A DNA stretch of 64,000 nucleotides from Acidobacteriota bacterium (GTDB lineage Bacteria; Acidobacteriota; UBA890; WLXD01), in NCBI GenBank assembly GCA_965248695.1, contig CBDFKD010000002.1:2656001-2720000 (forward strand). Reading direction: 5' to 3'. Below are positions 48,824-59,542 of the stretch, piece after piece. The notes under the pieces are model-generated. The model ran no database searches and was not told the origin of the DNA. It saw nothing but the letters and a program-made list of their open reading frames with translations. Every line of letters starts with the position of its first letter. Position 1 is the first letter of the stretch. Made by a program: the position numbers and the translations under genes.

Positions 48824-50389
48824 ATGCCGACTAGCGAACGAATCACTGCAGACGCCAGGCAGCACCGATTCCCGTGGCCCGCCGCCACCGCACTCGCCGT
48901 GGCAGCCGTGGCTGCGATGCCAGGCACACCACTGGCCCAATCCAACGACGGTCGACAGCTGCTGGTGGGGGCGACGATTGTCGACGGGACCGGAACCAGC
49001 GCCTACCGCGGCGAGGTGTTGATCGACGGCGATCGGATCGTAGCCGTCGGAGCCGCGGGAGCATTGCGAGTATCAGACGCCGGACGGACGGCGACGGTGG
49101 TCGATCTGGCCGGCCTGGTGCTGGCACCCGGGTTCATCGACATCCACAACCACTCCACCAACAGGCTGCAGGACGACCCCCTGGCAACGACTCAGATCGC
49201 CCAGGGCGTGACGACAATCTTCGTGGGCGCCGACGGCTCGTCGCCGTGGCCGATCGGTGAGTACCTGGAGGGTATCGATACGCTGTCGCCGGCATTGAAC
49301 GTCGGCACCCTCGTGGGTCACGGAACCGTTCGGCGCGCGGTGCTGGGCGACGACTACCGACGCGAGGCGAGCGCCGCCGAGGTGACCGCGATGGCGGCCC
49401 GGGTGCGGCAGGGGATGGCGGACGGAGCCTTCGGCCTCTCGAGCGGTCTGGAATACGACCCCGGCTTCTACTCCACCACCGAGGAGCTGATCGAGCTGGC
49501 CAGCAAGGCCGGCGAGCTCGGCGGCTTCTACATGTCGCATGTGCGCGACGAGGAAGGCGGCCTCCTCGACTCCATCGACGAGGCGCTGCGCATCGGCGTC
49601 GAAGGCGAGCTGCCGGTGCAGATCTCGCACATCAAGGCCGGCAACGCCGAGGTGTGGGGCCAGGCGTCGGAGGTCTTGGAGCGCATCGCAACAGCACGCG
49701 TCTACGGGCTCGACGTGACCGCGGATCAGTACCCCTACACCGCCTGGCAGTCGGGGCTCGGCATCGTTGTGTCCTCACGACGCTTCGACGATCCCGACGA
49801 TGTAGCGGCGGGGCTGGCCGGCGTCGGCGGCGGCTCGCGGCTGCAGATCGTCAACTACGACGCCGATCCGACGGCGCACGGCATGCGGCTGAGCGAGATC
49901 GCCGCCCGCGAGGGCAAGAGCGAGGTCGAGATGTACATCGAGATCATGGCCAACGGCGGCTCCGGCGTCATCGGACACACCATGACCGAGGAGGACGTCG
50001 ATGTGTTCATGGCATCGCCGCTGGTTATGACCACCAGTGACGGCGGGGTGGGCAGCGCGCACCCACGCGGCGCCGGAGCGTTCGCTCGCATCCTCGGGCG
50101 CTACCTGCGAGAGCGGGAGATGATGTCGCTGGAGCACGCCGTGCACCGTGGTACCAGGATGCCAGCCCGGCGACTCGGCCTCGAGGATCGGGGTGTCATT
50201 CGCCCCGGTGCGATCGCCGACCTGGTGGCGTTCGACGCGGCCACCGTGACCGACAACAGCACCTTCACCGATCCGCTGCAGCAGGCCACTGGCGTGCATG
50301 GCACCTGGGTGGCGGGTCAACGGGTATGGGCGGACGGACAGCCGACCGGCGCCCGCCCCGGTAAGGCACTGCGACACGGCCCTCGATAG
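48824..50389 (+). CDS. N-acyl-D-amino-acid deacylase family amidohydrolase
   Basis: IVDGTG, APGFIDIHNHS, GLEYDPG, SHVRDE, ISHIK, AHPRGAG; signal peptide; start approximate. Confidence 0.9.
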   Translation: MPTSERITADARQHRFPWPAATALAVAAVAAMPGTPLAQSNDGRQLLVGATIVDGTGTSAYRGEVLIDGDRIVAVGAAGALRVSDAGRTATVVDLAGLVLAPGFIDIHNHSTNRLQDDPLATTQIAQGVTTIFVGADGSSPWPIGEYLEGIDTLSPALNVGTLVGHGTVRRAVLGDDYRREASAAEVTAMAARVRQGMADGAFGLSSGLEYDPGFYSTTEELIELASKAGELGGFYMSHVRDEEGGLLDSIDEALRIGVEGELPVQISHIKAGNAEVWGQASEVLERIATARVYGLDVTADQYPYTAWQSGLGIVVSSRRFDDPDDVAAGLAGVGGGSRLQIVNYDADPTAHGMRLSEIAAREGKSEVEMYIEIMANGGSGVIGHTMTEEDVDVFMASPLVMTTSDGGVGSAHPRGAGAFARILGRYLREREMMSLEHAVHRGTRMPARRLGLEDRGVIRPGAIADLVAFDAATVTDNSTFTDPLQQATGVHGTWVAGQRVWADGQPTGARPGKALRHGPR

Positions 50390-50395
50390 GAGCCG

Positions 50396-50746
50396 CTAGT
50401 GGCCTGCCCGCACGGCGGCAGGTAGCCGATCGAACACCAGCTGCCACGAGTGGGTCACCATCTCGACCAGCTCGCCGCGCGGCACGCTGCCATCGAGCAT
50501 CACCGTGTTCCAGTGTTTCTTGTTCATGTGATAGCCGGGCAGAACGCCATCAGGGTAGCGCTCACGCAGCTCGATGGCGCGCTCGGGGTCGCACTTCAGG
50601 TTCACCCGCGAGGGCACCCACTCCAGGCCTACGAGCGCGAAGATCTTGCCACCGACCCGGTAAGCGACCGTGTCGGGACCAAACGGCATATCGTCGTCGG
50701 CGCCACGTTGGGCGAGCAATAACTCGTGCATCTCATCGAGTTCCAC
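50396..50746 (-). CDS. MmcQ/YjbR family protein
   Basis: PFGPDT..VGGKIFAL..NLKCDP..PGYHMNKKHWNTV. Confidence 0.93.
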   Translation of the reverse strand: MELDEMHELLLAQRGADDDMPFGPDTVAYRVGGKIFALVGLEWVPSRVNLKCDPERAIELRERYPDGVLPGYHMNKKHWNTVMLDGSVPRGELVEMVTHSWQLVFDRLPAAVRAGH

Positions 50747-50831
50747 GCCGAGAGCTTCATGGGATTAACTGCCGATGTCCAGTCCCCCGCCGATCGGCGC
50801 GAGGTCGCGCTGCCTGGCATGGTGTAGTCTC

Positions 50832-50885
50832 GCTTCGCCACGCGCGCCCGCGCTGCTTCGCCACGCGCGCCCGCGCTGCTTCGCC
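50832..50885. repeat. Intergenic 23-bp tandem repeat (about 2.3 copies)
   Basis: GCTTCGCCACGCGCGCCCGCGCT repeated between divergent genes. Confidence 0.85.
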
Positions 50886-50946
50886 GCATCGGAACCCGGC
50901 TGCTGACCACGGCTGGCTGGTGTCCGGCGTCAGTCAGAGGCACTCG

Positions 50947-51699
50947 ATGTCTGCAAACAAGCGCCTCGGCCTCATCGGGTTCGGGCAGTTCGGTCGGTAC
51001 GCCGCACCGTTTCTGACGCCGCATTTCGAGCTCCTGGTTCACGACGCGGCCGACATCGCTCCGTTCGCCCACGAGCTCGGCGTACGTAGCGTGTCCCTCG
51101 AGGAGGCCGCCCGTTGCGAGGTCGTGGTGCTCGCCGTGCCGATCCAGGCGCTTCGAGCCACCCTTGCCGAGATCGCCGGCAGCGTCCGAGACGGCGCCCT
51201 CGTTGTCGACGTCTGCTCGGTGAAAGGGGCGCCTCTGCAATGGATGCGCGAGACCCTCCCGGAGCATGTCGACATCATCGGAACCCACCCGTTGTTCGGG
51301 CCCAACAGCGCTGGCGAGTCGCTTCAGGGGCAGCAGATCGTAGTCTGCCCGGAGCGAACGACCAGGCTCGACCGTGTCGAGGCGTTTCTGCAGGGCCTCG
51401 GTCTGCGAGTCATCGTCACCGACGCAGATCGCCACGATCGCGAGTGCGCCCACACCCAGGCGCTGGCCCAGTACCTCGGCCGCGCGCTGCGGCGTGTCGA
51501 GGGCCGCGAGCTCGATATCCGAACCCCGGCCGCCGTTCTGCTGCGCGAGGTCGAGCGCATCGTCGAGGCCGACTCGTGGGAGCTGTTCGCCGCCATCGAG
51601 ACGGTGAACCCCTACGCAGCCGAGATGCGTCGGGAGATCCGCGAGCGACTCGACGAGCTCGAGGAGCGCCTGGCGAACGAGCCGACGTCGAAGCGATGA
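50947..51699 (+). CDS. tyrA: Prephenate/arogenate dehydrogenase
   Basis: GLIGFGQFG, VLAVP, DVCSVK, GTHPLFGP, HDRECAHTQAL. Confidence 0.88.
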   Translation: MSANKRLGLIGFGQFGRYAAPFLTPHFELLVHDAADIAPFAHELGVRSVSLEEAARCEVVVLAVPIQALRATLAEIAGSVRDGALVVDVCSVKGAPLQWMRETLPEHVDIIGTHPLFGPNSAGESLQGQQIVVCPERTTRLDRVEAFLQGLGLRVIVTDADRHDRECAHTQALAQYLGRALRRVEGRELDIRTPAAVLLREVERIVEADSWELFAAIETVNPYAAEMRREIRERLDELEERLANEPTSKR

Positions 51700-52511
51700 G
51701 AAGCCTGCGCTGCGAGGATCACGGCCCGATCCGTTGCTACACCATGACCCGCTACGTGGCGCGCCAGCGAGTGCTGCGGGTGGCCGCGTTCGTGGTCGAC
51801 GGGTTACTCATCGACACGGGCCCGCGCCATTGTCGCGCCGCCTTCGACGAGATTCTCCGGCGCGAGAAGATCCACCGCATCGTGCTCACGCACCATCATG
51901 AGGATCACATCGGCAACGCCGCTGGCGCGGCGCGATCCACCGGCGTAACGCCGCTCATCCATCCGCTCGGCGTCGAGCTGGCACGAAACCCGCCAGTTAT
52001 GCCGCTGTACCGACGCGTGGCCTCGGGAACGCCGGCAGCAGTCGAGGTCGAGCCTCTGGGCGATTCGCTGCAAACCGACAACCACGTGTTCCGCGTACTC
52101 CATACGCCGGGCCATTCCGCCGATCACGTGGTGCTGCACGAGCCCGAGCAGGATTGGTTGTTTGCTGGCGATCTGTTCATCACCGAGCGTCCGCAGAGAG
52201 CGTTCGCCTTCGAGAACATCGGTGAGCAGGTGGCGTCGATGCGGCGCGTGCTGGCCATCCCGGACTGCCAGATGTTCTGCCAGCACAACGGCCGCTTCGC
52301 CAGCCATCAACATCGCATCGGCCGACGGCTGGACAACCTGCTGGGCCTGCGGGCACGCGCCGTAATGCACCACGAGGAGGGGCAGTCGGTACGCGAGATC
52401 GCCGCCACACTCAAAATTCGCGATGGTATGAACCGTCTTCTGAGCAGCGACGAGTGGAGTGGACGCAACCTGGTGTTGGGCCTGCTTCGCGATGCCGGCA
52501 AGATCGACTGA
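51696..52511 (+). CDS. MBL-fold metallo-hydrolase
   Basis: LIDTG, THHHEDHIG, TPGHSADH, AGDL; ATGA overlap with the tyrA stop. Confidence 0.9.
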   Translation: MRSLRCEDHGPIRCYTMTRYVARQRVLRVAAFVVDGLLIDTGPRHCRAAFDEILRREKIHRIVLTHHHEDHIGNAAGAARSTGVTPLIHPLGVELARNPPVMPLYRRVASGTPAAVEVEPLGDSLQTDNHVFRVLHTPGHSADHVVLHEPEQDWLFAGDLFITERPQRAFAFENIGEQVASMRRVLAIPDCQMFCQHNGRFASHQHRIGRRLDNLLGLRARAVMHHEEGQSVREIAATLKIRDGMNRLLSSDEWSGRNLVLGLLRDAGKID

Positions 52512-53700
52512 CCCAGCGCGTCGGCAACAAGCTGACGACGGCCCGCGCACTGCCGGCATCGACCCGAGCGCCATCACTGAGCTGGCGCGCTGGTACGAGG
52601 CCGAGGCGCGTGATCTTCCCTGGCGCCGGACCAGCGACCCCTACCGCATCCTCCTGTCCGAGGTGATGCTGCAACAGACGCGGGTCGAGTTTGTGATCGC
52701 GCGGTACGAGAGCTTCGTGCGCGCGTTCCCCGACCTCCGAAGCCTGGCCGCGGCCATCGAAGACGAGGTGCTCGCCGAGTGGTCCGGGCTTGGCTACTAT
52801 CGACGGGCGCGCAACCTGCACAGGTTGGCGCGACAGGTCATCGCCAGCGGATCACCCGAGCTGCCGCAAACCGTGGACGCCCTGCGCGCTCTCCCCGGGA
52901 TTGGCGAATACACCGCCGCCGCAGTGGCGTCGATCGCGTTCGGTTGGCCGCACCTGTCCGTTGATGGCAACGTGGGTCGCGTTCTGTGCCGGGTCCTGGA
53001 CATCCGCGATGACCCCCGACGCGCAGCGGCACGGAAGCAAATGCGCCGTGCCTGCGAGGCGGCCCTGCGGGCGCATCCGCCCGGCCTCATCAATCAGGCG
53101 CTCATGGAGCTCGGTGCGCGCGTCTGCACTCCGCGCTCGCCACGTTGCGATGCATGCCCGCTCGCGACCGCCTGCGTCGCCGCTGCCGCGAATACCCAGG
53201 AGCTGATTCCAGTGCGCCAGCAGCGTGTCGTCCAGGCGGTCGAAGAGGGCGCCGCCGTGATCGAGCGCAACGGTCGCTTCCTGCTACTTCGGGGTCAGCG
53301 TCCGGGAGCGCTGGCGGACATGTGGGAGTTCCCGACGCTCGACTCACGATTGCGCCAGCAGCTCGTCGCCGAGGCGCCGTCGGCGGCCCAAACAACGGAC
53401 GGAAGCTCCGACACCGATGCGGCGGGGACCCTGGCACTCGGCCGCTCCCTGCAACGGCACCTCAGGGGCCTCGGAGTTCACATCCACAATCTGGAGCACG
53501 TCGGCGAGATCCGCCACGGCATCACCAATCGTCGCATCCGCTGCCACGTGTACCGAACGCGGAATGTCCGACTGGCCGCCGACGAATCGGCAGCAGCCAG
53601 CGCCCCGCCGCGCAGCTGGTTTTCACCTGAGGAACTGAGCGGAATCCCGATCGGGGCGTCCGTCGCCAAGATCCTCCGAGTGCTCCGAAGCCACCCGTAA
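52492..53700 (+). CDS. mutY: A/G-specific adenine glycosylase MutY
   Basis: RDLPWR, SEVMLQQT, GLGYYRRARNL, LPGIGEYTA, VDGNV, Fe-S motif CTPRSPRCDACPLATAC, NUDIX-like C-terminus; start approximate. Confidence 0.95.
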   Translation: MPARSTDPARRQQADDGPRTAGIDPSAITELARWYEAEARDLPWRRTSDPYRILLSEVMLQQTRVEFVIARYESFVRAFPDLRSLAAAIEDEVLAEWSGLGYYRRARNLHRLARQVIASGSPELPQTVDALRALPGIGEYTAAAVASIAFGWPHLSVDGNVGRVLCRVLDIRDDPRRAAARKQMRRACEAALRAHPPGLINQALMELGARVCTPRSPRCDACPLATACVAAAANTQELIPVRQQRVVQAVEEGAAVIERNGRFLLLRGQRPGALADMWEFPTLDSRLRQQLVAEAPSAAQTTDGSSDTDAAGTLALGRSLQRHLRGLGVHIHNLEHVGEIRHGITNRRIRCHVYRTRNVRLAADESAAASAPPRSWFSPEELSGIPIGASVAKILRVLRSHP

Positions 53701-53741
53701 CCGCGGCTGGCGAGCCGGCGTCGACGTCGCCCCCGAACGGC

Positions 53742-53770
53742 TTGCGCCGACCCCGCCCGGTCGCTACCGT
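53742..53770 (+). promoter_or_regulatory. Putative sigma70 promoter for tRNA-Glu
   Basis: TTGCGC-N17-TACCGT, similar to the tRNA-Gln promoter candidate. Confidence 0.45.
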
Positions 53771-53789
53771 TGACCACTGCCTGACCTGC

Positions 53790-53864
53790 GGCCCTATCGT
53801 CTAGCCTGGCCCAGGACACCGCCCTCTCAAGGCGGAGACACGGGTTCAAATCCCGTTAGGGCTA
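53790..53864 (+). tRNA. tRNA-Glu(CTC), CCA not encoded
   Basis: Acceptor GGCCCTA/TAGGGCT, anticodon arm CCGCC-CTCTCAA-GGCGG, GGTTCAAATCC T-arm. Confidence 0.95.
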
Positions 53865-53870
53865 CTTCGA

Positions 53871-53903
53871 AGAGCCGCGGCGCCTCGGTGTCGCGGCTTT
53901 TTT
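53871..53903 (+). terminator. Rho-independent terminator after tRNA-Glu
   Basis: GC-rich stem AGCCGCGGCGCC/GGTGTCGCGGCT followed by a T6 run. Confidence 0.8.
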
Positions 53904-53975
53904 CGGTCTGCCAGAGCCCGGATGTTCGCGCCTCGACGGGCCTCCGGTCTCGCCGGTGCATCGAACAGGCACGCG

Positions 53976-56900
53976 CTAGCGCGCCAGGCGGTCCAGGAGG
54001 CGCTCCAGGAGCCGACCAAGCGGTCCCGCAACCGGGTGATCGACTGGCCTGTCGGTGGCGTATGCCGCGCCGGCCCCGGCCTCGGACTCGGAACGGGGCT
54101 CGTACACCTCGTAGCCTCTCACGCTCCGCGATGGTGCCCCGCCCACCGGCATGCGGTACGCCTCATCCCGATCCGACCACCGATGCAGCACCACATCCCC
54201 GCCGCGACGAACGAAGCGCCGCAGTGCCCTCTGTGCCGCCTCCGAGCTCACCGCGCTCACCTGGCCGAGATCGTCCCCGGCGCTGGCCGTGGGAATGAGC
54301 ACGATCTGCGTGCCTTCCGGAATGCCGTCGCGCATATCCTGTGGCGGATGCACGAACAGGCTCACGCCTCGGATGTAGCCACGCGCCTGCAGCGACTGCT
54401 CCACTGTCGCCTCACCCCACGGCTCGTACGCCTTGTAGATCCGCGCCCTCGGTACCGTGGGCAACGTGCCAGCCTCCGCATCCACCACCACGCGCCGGGC
54501 CGGCTCGGTGATGTAGTGCGGACCTTCCGGCATGTTGGCCGCCCGGGCCTCGGCGCTCCGCGTTGCCGGCACCTGGATGCACGCCATCACCGGGCCCGAT
54601 GCCCCCGCATCGTTGAACGACTGGAGCGTGTAGCAGTTGACCGCCCCTGCCACTGCCTCGGTGTCCAGATACATCTCCCGGTCCGCCGCCAGCATCCACA
54701 CCACATCGTCCCGAACCAGCACGTAGCCGGTCTCGTTGTTCGCCTGGTCGCGCCACTTCACCCTCACCGCACCGGAGTTGCGCACCGCCAGCTGCAGCCG
54801 CTTCGGTGGTGCCGGTCGGTTCGCCGCCCCGGCTCCCAGCTGCACCACGTTGTGGAACCGGTTGCCGAAGCGGATCTTTGTGCGCCTCTTTGGACCGTCG
54901 TTGCTGTCCACCGTGTACAGAACCTGTCCGTCCCCGGTGCGGGCATTGAGGATCTGCACCCACCCTGCGTCCGGGCTCGGGGTCCAGTCGCACCCGGCCA
55001 GCGTGTCCACCCGGAAGCTGCCGGCACCTCCGGCAGGCGTGAAGCTCTGGGTGATCATCGAGGGGGCGAACGTGCACCGGGCTGCCCTCTGGTTCACGGT
55101 GAACGCCTCGCCGGCGATCGTTGCCGTGCCACGTCGCGCCACGCTCCTGGGATTCTTCTGCACCGCCAGCGTCACCCTTCCCGGACCGGTCGCATCGATC
55201 GCCCGTGCCGCACTCAGCACCTGGATCCAGCTTCTGTTGCTGCTCGCACTCCAGGGGCAGTTGTTGCCGTTGGAGCTCACCGCCACCGATACGCTCGTTG
55301 CCTGGAAGCTCACGCTCGCGGTTGTGGAGCCGATTCCGGTGCTACATGCCACCACCGTGATCGTCGCCGTGGCGGTGTTGGACGCCACTCCAGCAGACAC
55401 CGCCTGATAGGTGAACGAGTCGGTGCCGGTGAACGATCCCGTCGGGGTATAGGTGAACGTGCCGTCGGAGCTCAGGCTCAGGTTGCCGTTGGCAGTGCTC
55501 GTCACCAGCGATGCCGTCAAGCCGATGCCCGAGTCGTTGTCCAGCACGCCGTTCTGTACCAGCGGATCGAATTGCACCGTCGAGTAGGCATCGTTGCTCG
55601 CCACCGGCGACACCGAGATCGTTACCGTGGCGTTGTTGGAGTCGTCCAACCCGTCGTTGGCTTTGTAGGTGAACGCGTCAGTACCGGAAAACCCCGTGTT
55701 CGGCGTGTACGTGAAGCCGCCATCGGTACCCAGCCCCAGGGTGCCGTTGCTCGGGCCACCTCCCACGAGCAGTGCGGTGAGCGTGTCGCCTTCCGAGTCC
55801 GTATCGTTGGCCAGCACTCCGGTCGCTGCCGGCACCGTCAGCGCCGTGTTCGCCGTGGCCGTGTAGGTGTCGTTGGTCGCCACCGGGGCGCTGTTGGGCA
55901 CCACCGTGAGCGTTACCGTGGTGGTATCGGAGTCGTCGATACCGTCGTTGGCCTTGTAGGTGAACGTATCGGTGCCGAAGAAGCGGGTGGTCTGATTGCC
56001 ACCGGCGGTAAACCCCGCGTTGGGGGTATAGGTGAACGATCCGTCGTCGGTCAACGCCAGCATCCCGTTGGCCGGGCCGGACACGAGGTTGGCGGTCAGC
56101 GCGTCGCCATCGGCGTCGGTGTCGTTGGCCAGCACACCTGTGTTCACACCAACGGTCAACGTCGTGGCCTCGCGGGTCGTATAGCTGTCCGGGTCGGCCA
56201 CCGGGGCATTGTTAGACGCGACCCTGATCGTCACCGTCGTGGTAACGGAGTCGTCGGCGCCGTCGTTGGCCCTGTACGTGAACGTATCGGTGCCCAAGAA
56301 ACGGCTGGTCTCATTGCCACCGGCGGCAAACCCGGCGTCGGGGGTATAGCTCATCGCGCCGTCGGCGGCCAACACCAGGTTCCCGTTGATCGGGCCGGAC
56401 ACGAGCTTGGCGGTCAACGAGTCGCCGTCGGCGTCGGTGTCGTTGGCCAGCACACCCGTGCTCGCGGCAACCGCCAGCGGCGTGTTCACCCGGGTGCTAT
56501 AGCTGTCCGGGTTGGCCACTGGAGCGGTGTTGCCCGGGACGGCTACAGGCGGTCCCTGGTAGCGCAGTACCTGCTGCGTGAACAGGCTCGACACGTACAG
56601 GTTGTTGTAGGGACCGAACGCCAGCCCGGTAGGCGCGCTCAGCCCACCAGAGCCCGCCGCCACGAACGCGTCGATGAACGCATCCGTCGTTCCGTTGTAG
56701 CGCAGTACCTGGCCCGTCGTTCCGTTGTAGCGCAGTACTTGGTCCGTAAGTGCGCTCGACACGTACAGGTTGTTGTCGGGACCGAACACCAGTCCAACCG
56801 GGCCGTTCAGCCCACCAGAACCCGCCGCCACGAACACGTCGATGAACGCCCCCGTCGCTCCGTTGTAGCGCAGTACCTGGTTCGTGGAGAAGCTCGACAC

Positions 56901-57286
56901 GTACAGGTTGCCGTCGGGACCGAATACCAGCCCTCGGGGCAAATCCAGCCCACCGGAGCCCGCCGCCACGAACACGTCGATGAACGCCCCCGTCGTTCCG
57001 TTGTAGCGCAGTACCTGGTCCGTAAGTGCGCTCGACACGTACAGGTTGTTGTCGGGACCGAACGCCAGCCCGCCAGGCGAAGCCAGCCCACCGGAGCCCG
57101 CCGCCACGAACACGCCGATGAACAGCCCCGTCGCTCCGTTGTAGCGCAGTACCTCGTTCGTGTCGCCGCTCGACACGTACAGGTTGCCGTCGGGACCGAA
57201 CGCCAGCCCTCGAGGCAAATCCAGCCCACCGGAGGCCGCCGTCACGAACGCGTCGATGAACGCCCCCGTCGTTCCGTTGTAGCGCA
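53976..57286 (-). pseudogene. Large surface protein (NHL-like repeats, four Ig-like/Big_9 repeats, two BACON-like domains, FN3-like), 5'-truncated by IS3
   Basis: 46-aa repeats (GLAFGPDGNLYVSS..VLRYNG); PVA..D.Y..GVLANDTD.DGD.L..G.FTYTP..G.D.FTY repeats; C.W..S...WI..N....R.G domains. No signal peptide; the apparent ATG is formed at the IS junction. Confidence 0.85.
56560..57286 (-). repeat. 138-bp coding tandem repeats (about five) with an internal 30-bp duplication
   Basis: TAGCGCA recurs with 138-bp spacing (e.g. 57142 and 57280); QVLRYNGTT is duplicated near 56690-56745. Confidence 0.88.
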
Positions 57287-58138
57287 TGACCTGCCCCCCA
57301 ATAATCGGGCCAGTCTGAGAGTTAGGATTTGAGGCTCTCAGGATGGCTCGGGAAGGGGGAAGAATGGGCGCGGAAGCGGTACACTGTAGAGCAGATCATC
57401 GCCAAGCTCAGGGAGGCAGAGATCGAGCTAGCGAAAGGGGCCAAGACACCGGAGGCATGCCGCAAGCTGGGAATCAGCGAGAACACGTATTACCGGTGGC
57501 GCAAGGAGTACGGTGGACTGAGGGTGGATCAGGCACGGCGACTCAAGGAGCTGGAGCGGGAAAACGGCCGGCTCAAGAAGTTGCTGGCGGAGACGATGCT
57601 CGACAACGCCATCCTCAAAGAGGTTTCGTCGGGAAACTTCTGAGCCCGGCACGACGGAGCCGGGCAGTGCACCACGCACAGCAGTCGTTGGGTGTGTCCG
57701 AGAGGCGAGCCTGCAGAGTACTGGGCCAGGTGCGCTCGACGCAGCAGTATCGGCCCAAGGTGCCGCAGGAGGAGAAGGCACTGGTGGAGCGGATGACCCA
57801 GCTGGCGACGCAGTACGGGCGCTATGGGTACCGGCGGATCACGGCGCTGTTGGTACGTGAGGGGTGGCGAGTGAATCACAAGAGGGTCGAACGGTTATGG
57901 CGTCGTGAGGGGCTGAAGGTACCGAAAAAGCAGCCCAAGCGCGGACGCTGGTGGCGCAATGATGGATCGTGCGTGCGGCTGCGGCCGGAGAGGAAAGATC
58001 ACGTCTGGGCCTATGACTTCGTGCACGAACGAACTCACGACGGGCGAGCGTTTCGTCTACTGACGATCGTGGATGAGTACACGAGAGAGTGCTTGGCAAT
58101 CGATGTAGCACGCAGGCTCAACTCCGAGAAAGCAGCCC
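57287..58138 (+). mobile_element. IS3-family element, copy 1, 3'-truncated
   Basis: Left end TGACCTGCCCCCCAATAAT; orfA ([28 protein letters not shown], stop 57643; extra G after its ATG); GGGAAAC -1 frameshift site at 57631; orfB YGYRRI..WAYDF..DEYTREC, cut before the remaining DDE residues. Confidence 0.92.
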
Positions 58139-59542
58139 GAGTTATTTGCAAATGTTGTGGATCGGTGGATTTGTTCAGGCGGCGTCTTCGCTAGCGATCA
58201 GGTGAACTCCATCGACGAATGTGGCGCCCTCGAGTACGAGGGCAGTGAGGTGAGGAGCGTTGATGCGGCGCCATCGTTGCTGTGCCATCTCCAGGAGCTT
58301 GAATGCCATCGTCAGCGCCTTGGTGCGTGAGCCGGCGCCCTTGGTGACGCGTTGTCTCAGGCGTACGGTGGCGAACGCCGACTCGATCGGGTTGGCCGTG
58401 CGCAGATGAACCCAGTGGTCGGCGGGGAAGTCGTAGAACGTCAGCAGCTTGTCGGAGTCGCGTTGCAACGACGCCACGGCCTTGGAGTACTTGGCGCCGT
58501 AGTCGGCTGCGAACCGCGCCATGCCCTCCTGAGCATCCTCGCGCGTTGGCGCACCGATGATCTCGTGCAGCGCGCGCTTGGCTTTGGCCTGCAGCCGCCT
58601 CGGTAGCTTGTCGAGCACGTTGCCAAGCCGATGCACCCAGCATCGTTGCTCTCGAGTCTGGGGCCATACATCCCGCACCGCCGCCCAGAACCCCAGCGCC
58701 CCATCACCCACTGCCACGAGCGGCGCCCGCATGCCTCGACGCTTCAGCTCCCGGAGCACGAACGCCCAGCTCTCGGTGCTCTCTCGATACCCGTCCTCGA
58801 CCGCGATGAGCTCCTTGGTTCCGTCCGGCAAAACGCCCAGGATCACCAGCGTGCACAGCCGATCATCCTCGAGTCGAATGTTGAAGTGCACACCGTCCGC
58901 CCACACGTATACGTACTGCTTGGTGGACAGATCCAGCTTCCGGAATGCCTCGTACTCCGTGCTCCAGGCGTTCGTCAGCCGGCAGATCGCCGATGCCGAC
59001 AGCCCGCTGGCTTCCTGTCCCAGTAAGATCGGCAGCGCCTCCTTGAAGTCGCCCGTCGACAGGCCCCGCAGGTACAGCACCGGCAGCACCTCCGCCACCT
59101 TCGGCGAGCGCCGCATGTAGGGCGGCAGGATCCGACTGCTGAACCGCTGCCTCAGTCCCTGCTCGTCGAGCCGCTTGTCGTTGACCCGTGGCGCGGCTAC
59201 TTGCACCGTCCCGCACCCCAACGTGATCTTGCGTGCGCGAGCCCGACCGTTGCGTACCACTTGCCGACGGCCGGCTTCATCCAGTTGCCCGGCGTGGCTC
59301 TGGATATACTCCTGAACCTCCCACTCCAGTGCTGTTGCCAGCATCTGCAGCGCGCCCTGCCGGGCGAGCTCATCGACGTCCAGTGTCAGCTGTCCTTCCT
59401 CCGCGTCCGATCCACCGATAATCTTGAGCACGGGTGGCGTCTCCTTCCCGGCCTCCACAGCCGGCTGCTGGTTGTTGATGATCCCAGCGAAGGTTACGCT
59501 GCCTTTCTTTTTCCTCCCATCCACAACTTCCGGTTATATCTC
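58139..59542 (-). mobile_element. IS256-family insertion sequence
   Basis: Imperfect terminal IRs GAGTTATTTGCAAATGTTGTGGATCG and GAGATATAACCGGAAGTTGTGGATGG; no target duplication visible. Confidence 0.9.
58175..59431 (-). CDS. IS256-family transposase
   Basis: VVRNG, YLRGLSTGD, YVWADG, GDGALGF, QRCWVH, RTANPIES; GTG start after AAGGAG. Confidence 0.93.
   Translation of the reverse strand: MLKIIGGSDAEEGQLTLDVDELARQGALQMLATALEWEVQEYIQSHAGQLDEAGRRQVVRNGRARARKITLGCGTVQVAAPRVNDKRLDEQGLRQRFSSRILPPYMRRSPKVAEVLPVLYLRGLSTGDFKEALPILLGQEASGLSASAICRLTNAWSTEYEAFRKLDLSTKQYVYVWADGVHFNIRLEDDRLCTLVILGVLPDGTKELIAVEDGYRESTESWAFVLRELKRRGMRAPLVAVGDGALGFWAAVRDVWPQTREQRCWVHRLGNVLDKLPRRLQAKAKRALHEIIGAPTREDAQEGMARFAADYGAKYSKAVASLQRDSDKLLTFYDFPADHWVHLRTANPIESAFATVRLRQRVTKGAGSRTKALTMAFKLLEMAQQRWRRINAPHLTALVLEGATFVDGVHLIASEDAA

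Noticed and set aside
53790-53980. tRNA-Glu as a proven integration site
   Set aside because: No integrase and no repeat of the tRNA 3' end within the window.
56560-57286. Regularly spaced repeats as a possible CRISPR array
   Set aside because: Units are 138 bp, in frame and protein-coding, with no unique spacers and no cas genes. The same applies to the 120-bp repeat at 61872.
53922-57332. 1136-aa plus-strand ORF, and similar long ORFs at 328-1668, 34910-36466 and 30302-31810
   Set aside because: Antisense or off-frame shadows of well-supported genes in GC-rich DNA; no recognisable motifs.
59201-59542. N-terminal 114 codons of ORF 59201-60691
   Set aside because: They lie antisense inside IS256; the VWA sequence starts only after the IS end.
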